A stretch of DNA of 61,086 nucleotides, the filler included, from Bipalium vagum (taxonomy: Eukaryota), in the NCBI GenBank assembly GCA_037834085.1. It is 3 parts of 3 records of this genome, joined end to end, with 100 filler letters (N's around TTAATTAATTAA, not from the genome) between each part and the next. Parts side by side here need not be neighbours in the genome. Positions count along the whole stretch, not along the records: positions 20,613 to 41,051 come from JBBMKC010253072.1; 2 more parts are not named here. One strand, written 5' to 3'. The position numbers and the translations under genes are program-made. The first letter of the stretch is position 1; each line of letters opens with the position of its first letter. This document shows positions 22,721-36,329 of the stretch, piece after piece. The notes under the pieces are model-generated. The model searched no databases. It saw nothing but the letters and a program-made list of their open reading frames with translations, and had not been told where the DNA came from.

Positions 22721-25700
22721 TCTTTGTCATGTTAAATTATTTTCAATTCTTTTCTTAAGAGGTTTTCGGAAGAAAACGAAATAAATGTATAATAAAGATA
22801 TAAAGAATATCTTTTCCTTAACAAAATATCGACTACTTCAGTAATTGACATTTTATTCTCAAATGCTTAGCTGTATTCCATTAGCAGAAAACCCCAAGGC
22901 TATTTCTTCATGGAGATAATAAGCTTTAAAACCTAAAGAATATTTTGAAGAAATTAAGGAACAAATTGACGATTTTTGTCTTGAGACCAATAACATAAGC
23001 GTTGGAAAAGACACTTATTTCCAATAAAGCCTATACAGTCCGTTCGGTTTATCCTGTGTCCCAACGTACTATGGTATCATTGTTGTCATGTGAATGTCAT
23101 GTACTTGACATGATGTACCGACAGAATGTCAGACTGGAATCCATTAATGGTGAAATTTCCCTCCCTCTGGGGCTTGTGGATCAACAAATAGTTGCCCATC
23201 ATCCGACCGTCTTCTTACCAGCAAACAGAATGAAAAGAAATCTAATCGTGAATTCGAACTAATGATCACCGTTGCCTTGATGCCGAGTGTCCTCTGTGCG
23301 CTGTGGCTTATATCAACAAGGTACAGGAGGCAATCCGTGATTTATCCAATGTCACAGAAAATTTACCAGTGGAAAATGAACAATATTTTCACTTGGTGAG
23401 CATTTTTACTCAAAGTTGCCAGCTGAAGCTCTCCATTCAGCACTCACATTGCCTGGCTTCATCTCAGGGAACGGGCAATCTCGAAAATTGTCCCAAATTT
23501 TCGCTGGGATTTCGCTTGCTTCATAATGGAAAATTGATTTGGCAACATTTCCACCATCACACACTGCAATTAATTACGGGAAAAATTTAATTACGTCTGT
23601 CTCGGTGCATTATTTTTTTTCCATTGAGGCAAATTAGAAATTGGATTTTATTTATTTATTGGGATCCGATCAAGTTTATGTTTCAATTTTTACAAAGTGC
23701 ATTGGTTTTGTAGAATCAATAAATTTGTATAATAGATTAAATGGGATCTTGTAGGAGTGACGATATGAAATAGGATAATGCCGCCCTGTCTTGTTGTACT
23801 AATTGATATGGTAATTAATAATTAATTAATCCAAGATAGAATTAATAAATCTATTCCCAGTGCAATAGGATTTCCATTGTAATCGAATCGATATATAAGT
23901 GAAATAATAAAATTATAAATTAAATAATAGTTTTTGGAAATACAATTATATAATGGGTCATATGGAAAAAATAATATAAAATTGAATCGAATAATTTCGT
24001 TATTAAATTTGAATTGTGATTCTCTGTGACAGAGAAAATAAAATAATTTTATATAATTGACTAAAAGTAATTTAAAATAAATTGTTTTATTATGGTCAAT
24101 ACAAAACCAGGGAATGAAAAAATCAAAATGAAGTTATTATTATTATTTTTTTTTATATTATTTTTATTTTTATTATTATTATTATTACACTGTTGAATTT
24201 TCATGATTGGAAAATTATTAACTATAATGATTGAATACCGTATGAAATCACGGAAAAAAATTGCATATGAAGCTAAAGAAACTTTAACAACCAAAAAGTT
24301 GATAAGTTCCGCCAATCATGTCGAAAAACTGTTTTTAACGAGGAGGATCTATGGAAGATGTGAAATAAAAATTTATAAATAGTACGTTTTTATTTTTACT
24401 TTTTTGAATTGGGATTTCATTGGTTCGAGCTTGAAATTCATTGGTTTGAGTTAGGACTGTTAATGGTATAGTTAAAAATGAGAAATGATACCAATTGTAA
24501 GTTACAAATTAAAATATAATTAATTTTCAAAAACAAAAAAAGAGTTCATTTATTAATATTTTATTTTAAAAATTGTCGTAGAACTTTTGTGTCACTCTGT
24601 AATTTAAGGAAACCACAATTTTTCACATTTCATCATCACTTTTATTAGTTTTTAATTATTAATTAAATTTTAAAAACCAATTGCTTTTACCCATGAAAAC
24701 ATTATGTGCTGAACCTTAACAGATTTGAGGTATAAATATGTCAGAGGTAAAAGAGCCATTCGTATGATTCTGAAAAATCTGTTAAAGAATTTAATGTTAG
24801 CAAAGAAAGGGATAAAATTTTGGATTGTAGAGTTGAGATGCGAATATCAAACTTGACAAACATCAAAAAATCGATATAAATTGTGAAATGAAGTTTAAGT
24901 CTGAAAAGAAATTACCAAATGGATTTTGAAAGGTAAAAATGAAAAATGTTTGTCAGTAAAACCCTGACCATGAACTACCTTGATACAATTCTCTTCGGAC
25001 AAAGAAAATAATACCGTTATGATTGGACTTCATTGTCATAAAAGTTAGATAATACAAGGACTCATTGTGGTCAATTAAATAACAAGATTGGTATGTAGGT
25101 AACCTTTTAGAATTAGAATTCTTCAAGTAAAAATATGGAATCTTCTCACTTCATAGAAAACTTAAGAAGTACTCCGCTGACGTACTCTGCTTACTTTGCG
25201 TCAGTTCGCACACTTGAGCTGATGGAAAGGTCGAAAAGTACTACAAAAACAAAGTCAGATTTTTATAGTGCTAAAGATTAAACAAAACAATATAACAAAT
25301 AGTACATAAATAAAATAAAGACTTTGCAAGGTAAAGCCCAAGGAATGAATTTTGGAAATCAATGGAAGAAAACCCAATATCGTCATTCGCAAAGTACAAT
25401 CTTCTGGAAACATGATTCTGAGTTCGAAGAACTTTATAAACGTACTGGTAGAACTAAAGGGAGTCGTAACAATTTCATGGATAGATCTGAATAGCCCAAT
25501 GATAATTCATTAACTCAAGTCGGATGTGAGGAACTTCTTCCAAACTCTTCCTTTTGTTCCATTGACAACAATGTTTAAACCAATTAAAAGGGTCAACCTT
25601 ACGAGAGAAAAGGATTAAGGAAAAGAGCAAATAATGTTCTTACTAAAGCAGGCATCTGGAAAGAACTTTTGCTTAAAAGGCTTAGTGATGAGATCCAAAA

Positions 25701-27479
25701 ATGTCTGTATCTAGATGAGTCTCAGTCTAATCTACATACCTTAAAACCTCGGGTACTCCATGGTTGGCCATGAAAAATGTTGTATCACCCAAGGTTACCT
25801 GGTCGAAATATCTGATCATGAAAAATAATTCTCGAGAACACTTCGACCTTAATGATAGTGCCTGTTCTAGAGATTTTTCTATGGTTTACGGAAGAGAGTC
25901 TTCGTAAAGACGTCTTCCAAAATAATCCTGTGCTTGTATTTTCTTTATGACATGATCCTTTATATTATCTTCCTCCACTGCTGAAGAGACCTTTGAATAT
26001 TCCATCAATCTATTGAACTAATGGATCCAAATCATATCAAGTATTCCATTACTCAGGTTAAACATTTCCCCTAATATTTTCATCGTCCTTTTCAACATGT
26101 GTTTTGTATTTCTTCTTTTTTCAAGACTAAATTTTATGTTATAATCTTTCATCCGAATTTTGTCTAAATAAATGGTTAAAACTTTTTCTATCTAGAACCG
26201 TGACTTGCTTAAGATAACTTTTGTATTTTTTAATATTAATATCACAAATTTAATTGCATCTCTCAATGAACCTCACATTTCAAGACCCTTATCCAAGACT
26301 CGATAACATATGACCAAGAAGGTTTGAAGTACAGTGGTCTCCTGGCAATTGCGATTGGAAGACTTTACTATGGAATGTGAATTGAAATAGCTTCAATGGG
26401 TAACTGCCAAACACAAGTGTTAAGAATGAAACAATTGTTTATGATCAGTGAAATTTGTCGGCCTCGTATTTGTAATTGAATGTCGAGATTCATTAGCCAT
26501 CAATTAAATCTCTTTGAAGACATTTTTTGAAGAAATCTTTTTTCGGCCCAGGACAGGTCACATTCCAAAAAATTAAAAATTTGTGCCCGATGATATTTCC
26601 TAATCACAAAACGCTTTATAATTCCATTCAAACCCTGTCTTAAGGGGTTATAAAAAGGAAGAATAATTCCATTTCACCACCTTCTGAATGTTTTCGAGGG
26701 GTTTTTCAATATTAGTTCTTAATTATTTAACTGAAAAACGTACGACTATAGATACTCTTTCCTTGATTTATTTTTGTTTTAATTAATGAATTCTTGAATG
26801 TATTCTCTGAACCGATCACGTCATGTCTTAAAGCGAGGGATTTGGTGTTGATTAATAAATAATACGTATAATAAGATAATATATAAATAAATTAATAAAA
26901 TTTCTGAATTTCCCTACTCACATTTTTTTTCTCTTCTCTGATCATTTTGGATCAAATTATTGATCCTATCAAATATATTTTTCCAGCTTTTATCGGTGCC
27001 CCCTACACGTTTACATCTGAAACCTCAATAAAATATCCTTTTCGTTATTAATCTAAAATTATTTTCGATTTTTTTTCCGATAGTGTAAAAATATATTAAA
27101 AAATAAATTCCAGCCAAATAATGCTAAAGAAAGCATATTTTTTCATTTTCCCATAGATGTCATTGAGTGGAGCTCATAGCATCACTGGAGTGGATTTTCA
27201 GAGATTTATTATTTCTTCAAAATTGACGTGAAAATAAAAATATTTGTACAATCAAATATGATTTAGAAAAACTGGGAGTTTCAAACCACAAAATATGGAT
27301 AATATTAAAACAAAAATTTATTGTTTTTAATGTGGTCAAAAATTTTTTTAAAAATCTGTTCAAATTAAATTCATTTTGGAGGTATGAAATATCATAGATA
27401 TACAGAGGTTTGATTAAAAATATTATCATTATTTTATTATTATTTTAAATAATATTAATAATTTTAATATGTTGTTATA

Positions 27480-27933
27480 CACACCCGTAAAAAATTCTGA
27501 GTACACATGAAAAAATTGTGTAAAAAAACTATCGAATACATAATTATTTTGACAAAATAAATTTCTTTTAATAACTTTTTAAAATTATTTTAGCAATGTT
27601 GATGAAAATAGTGATCACAAAACACAAAAAAATAAGTTTTTCTTTCATAGATATATCATAATTTTCTGTTACTTCAGGTCGACCACATTTTCTTCTTGAT
27701 TTTGGAAAACTTATACATGAATATCTTTCTACTGTCCTCTGTACAGCACCTATTGACACCATCATATCTTTTGCAATACAATGAAACGTTTATTCAATTT
27801 TTCGTAATGTAATAATGGTACCATGTTTTTCTGTTGATAATTCTTTGTTAGCTGTCATTGTACAATCTATTTATAAATATATCGATTTCTAATTGATTCT
27901 TTACATATGTACTCAGTCTTTTGCAAGGGAGTG
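27480..27933 (-). mobile_element. Internally deleted Tc1 element (454 bp) retaining the transposase N-terminus
   Basis: TA|cacacccgtaaaaaattctgagtacacatg versus the reverse complement of the right end, cactcccttgcaaaagactgagtacatatg; MTANKELSTEKHG...IAKDMMVSIGAVQRTV...CGRP. Confidence 0.8.
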
Positions 27934-28554
27934 TATATATTCATTATTAATATTATTAATAAACATAAAATAACAATAATGATCGACAGGTATAATCTAA
28001 AATACTTACAACAAATATCGTGTTAAACTTCAAATGCCAAATTAGTAAAACAACTAATTAGAGTAATAATTAAAACAAACTTTTTATATTAAATTAAAAT
28101 GAAAAAATCTAATTAAAAAAGTATATGGTTAATACGTACTAAATTTGTTGGAATTTTTTTCAGGACAAGCTAGAACTATTTTCCCCGAAAATATTTACAC
28201 TTTAATAATAAATTTTGGACAAAATTAATATTTGTTTCGAAAGTCCAGAAGAATAATTTAATTTTTACGATGTAACAAAACTGATATATTGCAATTTGCA
28301 AATGATATACAATTATTTGATATTAAAATTGGCCCTAAAGAATTTACAAAAGAATTACAAAACCCTAAGGAATTCGTAATTAAAAATAAACACCCTTCCA
28401 AGAATGGTTGAGTTCTAAAGGATATTGAAAGGGCTCCAATAATCTAGAAAACAATACACAACGTAATAATGCATAAAACTTTAATATTAAATGCAATTAA
28501 TGATCAGATTTAGACTTTCTCTACTCAGAGTCGGTTGATTTTATGACTACCAGC

Positions 28555-30093
28555 TCAAATATGACTCTGACACAGACTAGAGGGTAAGGTGTCAAAATTG
28601 TCATGGTCAGCACTATGCGAATCATAATTATTTTTAAAATGAGGTTTTTTCTTTAATGAATCTACTGAATTTTTATGAATGGTAATTATGGAACTGCTTT
28701 TTGACAAATTCAGCAAGGATTTGTCGTCAAGATCCTCTTGCTGTTGATGATAGAAGTAATTAAAGTTAGATACAATAACTGGAACCGGTAAAGCGATTGT
28801 TAAAACCCCTGCAATTGCGCATAAACTTCCAATTATCTTGCCACCTATGGTGACAGGTCTCATATCACCGTAACCGACCGTGGTCATTGTCACTACTGCC
28901 CACCAGAATGCTCCGGGAATGCTACGAAAGTATGACTGTTTTTCATCAGCTTCAACAAAATAGATTGCACTTGAAAACAATATAACACTTATCAACAGAA
29001 AAAAAACAAGAAGTGCCAATTCTTTGACACTGGATTTCAATGTTTGACCAAGAATCTGTAAACCTTTCGAATGACGAGATAATTTGAAAATTCGAAACAC
29101 GCGAACTAAACGAATAACCCTCAAAATTGTTAACGAAGCGGTCTGACCTCCAGTCTCATTGTCATCCGTAGCGACGAGAAGAGATCCCAAAGTGATGTAG
29201 TACGGTATGATTGAGAGACAGTCAATGATGTTCATGACGTCTTTGAAATACTCTATTTTGTTCGGACATGAGCTATATCTTACCAACATTTCAAAAGTGA
29301 ACCAAACTATGCACAATGTTTCAATGATAAAGAAGGGCTCTTTCCAATTTGGAAGATTGTCTTCAACAATAATGAAATCAGCCGCCGACTTGTAAACGGC
29401 ATTCGATTTTCGATCGATCTTAAATTTTTGGAAATCCGGCAAAGTTTCCACGCAAAAAATGATGATGGATATGGTGATAACGAACACTGATATTAAGGCA
29501 ATAACTTTTGCGGCAAAAGAGCTCTCTGGATATTCGAATGTCAACCAGATGAGCTTTTGAAATTCATTTTCTGGCAACTCCTTAACGGGCTCTTTTATGA
29601 AACCTTCGTCGGCCTTAAACTTTTCTATTGCCTCAGCATCCAGCTGGAAATATTTTATCTCTTCAGAAAACGTATCGACCGGTACGTTGGCCGGTCTTCG
29701 TAATTTGCCACCAGTTTGATAGTACTGAAAAATACCATCAAAACTTGGACGATTTCGATCGAAGAAATATTCATTTTTGATGGGATCGTAAAACTTGTTT
29801 CTATGAAACGCATTTCCGAGTAATGTCGAAGGAAATCTGTCCAACGTTTCCGCGTGGGTCTCATATATCAAACCGCTTATGTTCAGGATTATTCTATCAC
29901 AATTTGACTTGGAATAATTGCTGTATTTGTTATCTTTAATCAGTGCACCTTGAGTTGCTTTGCAATAGTCTTGGTGCGAATAATTGTGAGTGCACCATGG
30001 GAATTGTTTGTAGGCAGGAATGTTGGAATAAAGATAATGTTGACCCCCTTGACCACTTGAATTGTTTTCGAAGGCTGCTATAGCTACTTCCAT
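28555..30093 (-). CDS. Sh: Voltage-gated potassium channel, Shaker/Kv1 subfamily, 512 aa, single coding exon
   Basis: T1 domain (RIILNISG...[12 protein letters not shown]), FEYPESS, S4 [26 protein letters not shown], pore [17 protein letters not shown]6 [21 protein letters not shown]. Confidence 0.98.
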   Translation of the reverse strand: MEVAIAAFENNSSGQGGQHYLYSNIPAYKQFPWCTHNYSHQDYCKATQGALIKDNKYSNYSKSNCDRIILNISGLIYETHAETLDRFPSTLLGNAFHRNKFYDPIKNEYFFDRNRPSFDGIFQYYQTGGKLRRPANVPVDTFSEEIKYFQLDAEAIEKFKADEGFIKEPVKELPENEFQKLIWLTFEYPESSFAAKVIALISVFVITISIIIFCVETLPDFQKFKIDRKSNAVYKSAADFIIVEDNLPNWKEPFFIIETLCIVWFTFEMLVRYSSCPNKIEYFKDVMNIIDCLSIIPYYITLGSLLVATDDNETGGQTASLTILRVIRLVRVFRIFKLSRHSKGLQILGQTLKSSVKELALLVFFLLISVILFSSAIYFVEADEKQSYFRSIPGAFWWAVVTMTTVGYGDMRPVTIGGKIIGSLCAIAGVLTIALPVPVIVSNFNYFYHQQQEDLDDKSLLNLSKSSSIITIHKNSVDSLKKKPHFKNNYDSHSADHDNFDTLPSSLCQSHI

Positions 30094-30589
30094 TGTCGAT
30101 TTGTTGACAGAAAGAAGCTTGCTTTTTCTTTGTTAAAACGTACTGGATCAATTAAATCCTCATTAATATATATATCGTTGGTTTGTTTCTCTTTCTTATA
30201 ATTTAGTTCGAACAGAAAATTTTATATATTGCAATGACTTTTCGTCAGATTTTTCCACCAATCAAATTGGATAAAATTTAATATATTTCATCGATTTTAA
30301 AATTTCTTTTATAAACGATAAATTGAAATTTCACTTTAATAAACTTTCTATGAACCATTATAAAAATATCGGAAATATGATATCCATATTTATCTTCAAA
30401 AGAAATGATTGAAAATTTTTTTTTCTTAATTATTTTACTATTCATTATTGAAAACATTGGTAAATTTTTCTCTGTTTAACATTCTAATGTAAAACCGATA
30501 CATAATTAAGATCATAAAAATAAATCTGTATTGAGTATTATTATTCATCGCATTAACATTCATAAATTATAATAATATTAAAATGAACA

Positions 30590-30882
30590 AATAGGTTTGA
30601 AATATATAATAATATAATAATATATAATAAAAATAATAAAATATAAAATAATAAAAAAATTAATATTAAAAAAAAAAATAATAAAAATGAATAAATTAAT
30701 TAATAGTAAAATATAATAAATATTAATATTAATAAAATATTAAAAAATTAAAAAATAATAAATAATAAGAATAATAAGAATAATAATAAAATTATAATAA
30801 TAATAAAAATTAATAGTAAAAAAATAATGAAAATAATAAAAATATTTTAAAAATTAAATAATTAATAGTAAAAAGATAATAA

Positions 30883-30913
<31 letters not shown>

Positions 30914-31060
30914 TAAAAATTAGAATAAAAATTAAAATTAAAAAAATAATTTAAAAAAATAATAGTAAAAAATATAACAATAAAAATACTAGAAAACATA
31001 ATGGTAAAAAATAATAATAATAAAATTATAAAAAAGAAATTAAAATAAATACTATATTTT
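30590..31060. repeat. Degenerate AAT/AAAT low-complexity tract upstream of Kv1
   Basis: Almost pure A/T; generates the spurious ORF 30862..31104. Confidence 0.85.
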
Positions 31061-33299
31061 TTTGCGTTTTTAAATTCTTTGTTTAATAGTACAAATTCAA
31101 ACAAAATCGATTAAAACTAAAAATTAAAAATTTTAACTTATAATCTGATAAATATAAATAAGTTAAAAAGTTTCGTTTAATAAGGTTACTTTTATATTTA
31201 ACGTTGTTTAATAGCACCAGCCGAAAAACTTTATAACATTCCTTTTTTGGTGGATTACCAAATCAATAAAGCCCGTAAGAATTAATAATTTAATAAAACT
31301 GAAAATTAAATTAAATAATATTGACTAATAAATAATCAGTTAATACAGAAGTTTAAATATAAAACACGAAAACTAAAAATAGAATAATAAAAAAGAATTA
31401 TTTTTCAAAATTCATTAAAACTGTTTTTTTCAATTTTCACTCCATTAAGGATGAAATATGGGTGTTGATTCGGGTCACAGATTGAATGAAAGCGAAATTA
31501 AGAAAGTTTTATTACTAATTAAAAATAAATTAATTTTGAAAAAATGTTATTACGTTCTGTAAAAGTCTAATTTTACAAATGAACTTAATTTCTACAGTTA
31601 GAATTTGTTTTCTCCAAAAATAAATTGTTAAATCTCTCCATTTTTCAAATGGAAAGTCGCAGGTAAAACAGTGAAATGGGTATTTCTATTAAACTGTTGT
31701 ACATATACGTTTACATTGAGATCTATATAAGATAATAGAAACCCAAACTCAGACTCCCATTTTGCTGCTCTTCGTCGTTGAAGAATAATCCATCACACAT
31801 TTCGTACTACAATGATAATTGACCAGACTCAGATTTATTTCTTTCCTTCGACAGCGAATTCATCATTAATAGATTGTTTCCAGCCCTTAATATTACTGAC
31901 ATTTTATGCCTTCAATAATGCCTGTTTTGCATTATTTTGCCTGAGGATAATTATAGATGTAAAAGAATGCATTTTCTTTGGTGAAACTCGTAATTGACAG
32001 AATTTTTGGAAAATAAATCCAATTATAATTGACATTTGTTCGATAAATGGGGATAATTTTTGTTCATAGATTTTGCTGTTTAATGATAATAATTATTTGT
32101 CTCATATCACAAAAAGATGGAAATATTGTTTTTCGTCTTTCAATCGACGATTCTGTGACAAATAGATCTGTTTTTGTGCAGATTTTTCTCTTGAATTTCT
32201 TTTATGCCAGGTTCCTCCTGGAGGATTTGTGGAATTTGTTCTCTGTTAAATATCACATTAATAAAGGAGAGGTCAAAATATTTGTAAAATCAAATGGAAA
32301 ATTAAAAAATAATGAAAGCGACAAAGAAATATAATGATGACTTGCTTTTATTTTGTATTGTTTTAATGATGACTGATTTGGCGCCTTTTTAAAAAGAAAT
32401 TTTAGACAATTTTCGAACTCATCAGTGAAAGACAATTTTTCTCAGAATAATTCTCTGGCCGAAAATTTCTAAAAAATATATATTAACCATTTTAAATAAA
32501 GAGTTTAGTAAAACAAAAAATAGTATTGATTATTAAGAAGACGACAGATCTGAAGATTAGATTGGAAAATGGGGTTCCTTAAAATGTTCGAAACTTAAAA
32601 ACCTGATTTTCTAGATCAATATTTTTATTAAAAACATACGAAACTCTTAACGTATAATAAAAAGAAGTCCAATCTTTTCATATAACTGTGATTTTCTTTA
32701 TCGCTATTAAAAGAGATACCGAAGTTTCAAGACATGATTTCTGGTGAGGTATCTCCTATTCTGCACTTTTAACCAAAAAAATGTTATTTGAAAAACTCTC
32801 CTTTTGCCTTATATTTGGAAAGATATTTTTTTTCAGATTTAGATTTTCAAGTCAGTTTGTCTATTATTTTCTCCCCATCTGTTCACAGTGTATCCTGCGG
32901 TTTAGGATGGGTGTTTTCCTTTCACCACCATTCACTGTTGCAGATCATTGACTGACAAAATGCTGATGCAAACAGAATCTCTCTGAAAGCCTTCACTCTT
33001 CTGAATCAATGTCACTTAGCACGTGCAGTAGCATTGGTTCTGCGAAAATGAGGTTTATTATAGTAATCACAAATGTGAATTTTATCTATTACTTGTTCAA
33101 ATGTCTGGAAAATCTTTACAAATCTGAGCTTCAAAAACTGATCAAGACTTTCATTTATTTTCGTAAAAATGTATATCCTTATTAATTTCTCTTACATAAA
33201 GATAAAATTTTTCCAAAAAGTAAAACAACAACCTTTCAGATAACTGTTACTTGGTCTTAGGTAAATTGAAGAGATGAAAACGATCAGTTTGAAAAAAAT

Positions 33300-34130
33300 T
33301 AAAGTCTTGAAAGATTTTAAAATTCATTCTTTAATCACATGCTACAACTTATTGTCAACCGCATTGTGGATCCTTTATAAAAACTTATTCAAACTATCAG
33401 AATCTCTGCGATAGTTTACTATTAGGTATACAAATAAGTTTTAAATCTATTTTTTAAAAATTTTCAACATTTATTATAAATTAAATATGACACAGTTAGT
33501 CTTTTAAATATTTACCGTTGTTATCTATCAACTTATGTTGCAAGACTTTCTAATCAAGTGTTAGTAAGCTATCCTTGACTGGTTGTGAAAATAAGACCAA
33601 GTTTTATCATGAAGTAATTTTATTGGGCACCGGTCTTTGTTTGTGAAAAAACTTTAGATGGATTTGTTCGTTTAATTGCTCTATCTGTTCTTTACAGAGA
33701 TCCCAATTAATTGATTTAACCAACTTCCGAATTTCATGATATAACACGCCCTTCATATCCATTCAGATACCAAACATGATCTTTTTGAGATACACTGGCG
33801 TTTTGATTTACATTTTTGTTGATTGATTTGGATCTATATTTTAAGATTTTCGTAACAGATCCATTTATCGACACCAGTGACTATTTTTCACAAGAAAGAT
33901 TTCCTATGATATTTAGGAAGGAGATTGGAGCCCATGATTAAAAGGTCATCTTTATTTTTCTGATTTAATGTATGGAATATCCACTTTCCTTTTTTGAATT
34001 TTTCCCAGCGCACATAAATGATTGGAAATCGTTTGTTGAGTAACTCAAAAGTTTTCAGCAAGTTTTTTGCCTTTGTGATGCATTTATATGTAACAGAGTT
34101 TGAAGGTCGGCAGATTTGACGTTATAAGGA
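33300..34130 (-). mobile_element. Decayed mariner transposase
   Basis: VTQQTISNHLCALGKIQK..GKWIFHTL, KIVTGVDKWICYEN, KGVLYHE, LLHD. Confidence 0.75.
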
Positions 34131-34479
34131 ATCAAAAAGTAAAGATACACGCTTTATATTATTTTATTTTCAAAGATGAGAACATATACAGACAATTATT
34201 TTTCAACATCACCACTTTTTTCGATTCACTTCGTCTATCTGTCAACTAACTTCTGCCTTCCTTTATCAAAGAAGTTTTGTCTCTTGTTTTCAAGAAATCT
34301 TGCACCGCTTTTTTCACTGCATCATCATCATCATCATCATCATTTATGTATGTATGATGCTTTTGGAAATTTGAATTCATATGAGGAAAATCCAAGTATA
34401 AATCAAAATTCTTTATCAATAGGAATATTATTAAAATGATTTTCCAAAACTAATATATAGTGCGTATTTATAGTATAGT

Positions 34480-34940
34480 TGTTTTGGTTATGGGTTATCA
34501 AAAGAAGAAGTTTGTCAATTGTTTAAAAATGAAATTAATATAAATTTGATGAGAAACATTATGAATATAAAAACAAATAAAAGTAACTTTAAAGGATAAA
34601 GCAAATAATATTCAACCTCCAGATAAATTAGATAAGAAATTAAAAAACTTAATTATATTTGATGATGAAATAAATGAAAAAATTTAACATATTACCTAAT
34701 GCATTTTACAAGAGGAAAGCATAATTAAATTATTTATCTCAATCATTTTTTGATTAACCTTTAAGAAATAATGCAACTGTCTTAATTTTATATAAACTTT
34801 CAAAATCAGATAAAGATCAAATATATTCTCAAATGATAGTAAGTTTTATGGGAAAATATAAATTTGACTAATTATAAAATTTCATGAGAGAAAAATATAA
34901 ATATTTTTTCTTCAATTTAGAAAAAGAATGAGTAGAGCTT
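34480..34940 (+). pseudogene. Polinton/adintovirus-type A32-like packaging ATPase, C-terminal relic
   Basis: PDKLDKKLKNLIIFDD (Walker B) ... FTRGKHN ... YLSQSFF ... LRNNATVLILYK across frameshifts. Confidence 0.7.
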
Positions 34941-35219
34941 TCAGCATTTTAAAAAACTTTTTTCAAAAATTTAAAAACAGTCTGACACTTTCGTCGTAGC
35001 AACAAATTCGTTCCAATGTCCCATAATCAACCAAAATAAAAACAAGTTTTTCAATGTCAAAATTAATGTCATTTAAATCAACTTATTAAAAAGTAATCAA
35101 AATCAAATGCAAAAATGAATAATAATTATATAAGTAAATAATTCTAAAATAAATGTTAGGAAAATGATCACTTTTGAAAAAGATAAATTAAAAAAGGATT
35201 TAAATAAAAAAATTTAGAT

Positions 35220-35445
35220 TTAAAAATAGTCTTCTTTAAATGTCTCATTTGGTTTCTCATCTTTAAATTTAAATAATTCATCTCCTAAATAATTTGATAG
35301 TTCATTCTCTATATACTTAGGAAATTCATTTGTATCTAATATAAATTCAAATAAATAAAGAATCTGTATCACCAAAATGAATTTTATATTTTCCAAATAA
35401 TTCTTTTTATAAACAATTATAAACGAAATCTTACATTATTAGTAT
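35220..35445 (-). pseudogene. Second (inverted) protein-primed DNA polymerase B fragment
   Basis: Minus strand LFGKYKIHFGDTDSLF...YLGDELFKFKDE, closely similar at nucleotide level to 39540-39710 on the plus strand. Confidence 0.8.
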
Positions 35446-35469
35446 ATTTATGGTATTATATTTTATTTA

Positions 35470-36202
35470 GCAATATTTTATGCCGATTAACAATATGCAC
35501 ATCCCTTATTGCTAGACAAATAAAAAAGACTTTTTATGGAAAATCATCACTCGAGATGAAAAATGGAATAATTACAATAATCCGAAACCCAAAGATGCCA
35601 ACTACTTCAGTTGTTAAAACAAATATTCACAATAAAAAATACTCCTTTGCATCTGGTGGGATATGAAAGGACCCATTCATTATGACCTCTTCCAAGCTGG
35701 TAAAACCATTAATGCGGAACGTTATAGCAAACAATTGCTGCATTTGGCTAAACAATTCGAGAAAAAAGACCTTTTTTCTGCAAGGATCGCGTAAGATTGT
35801 CCTGCTACATAAATAATGCCAGACCGCATGTACCGAACATACTCAGGAAACAATTTTACAGTTAGGCTGGGAGGTTCTTCCTAACGCAGCTTATTCTCCA
35901 GACCTTGCTTCTAAAGATTTTCATTTGTTTCGATCAGTGCAACATGAATTTGCCGGATGTCGTTTCAAAAATGTTGGCCAGATACGAGATTTTGTCAAGA
36001 ACTATCTTGCGTCAAAACCAATATCTTTCTATCGTTCCGGGATTCGGTAATTACCTGAAAGATGGCAAAAAGTGATTTCCAATAATGGATATAATGTTGA
36101 TGACTGATTTTTTGAATACCTGTCGTATAAAAACAAATTTATTACCTTTTTAATAACATTGAATTTTTTTTAAAAATGGACTAAAACTTATGCCTACACT
36201 TT
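35470..36202 (+). mobile_element. 5'-truncated mariner (DD34D) element
   Basis: KIITRDEKW, NARPH, AYSPDLASKDFHLFRS, LPERWQKVISNNG; TIR-like end aaaacttatgcctacac. Confidence 0.85.
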
Positions 36203-36329
36203 AAAAATTTTGGTACAATAAACATTCATTAAAGCTATTAAAATTGAATTAAACAATAATAAACAAGTAAATATCTTAATTATACTAAAGATAAATTTAA
36301 ATATCAAATATTAATAAAATGTGAGTATA

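Noticed and set aside
23220-23245. RMKR as a furin site of a retroviral env relic
   Set aside because: No hydrophobic fusion peptide after it in frame and no clear transmembrane anchor
29207-30151. Alternative-frame and antisense ORFs over Kv1 (29207..29395, 29655..29864, 29936..30151)
   Set aside because: Shadows of the real CDS
32404-32428. Minus-strand CTGATGAGTTCGAAA hammerhead-like core
   Set aside because: Stem II would be 1 bp, and stems I and III do not pair
34176-34439. ORF with a poly-His tract
   Set aside because: The His run is a (CAT)n microsatellite; no other coding evidence
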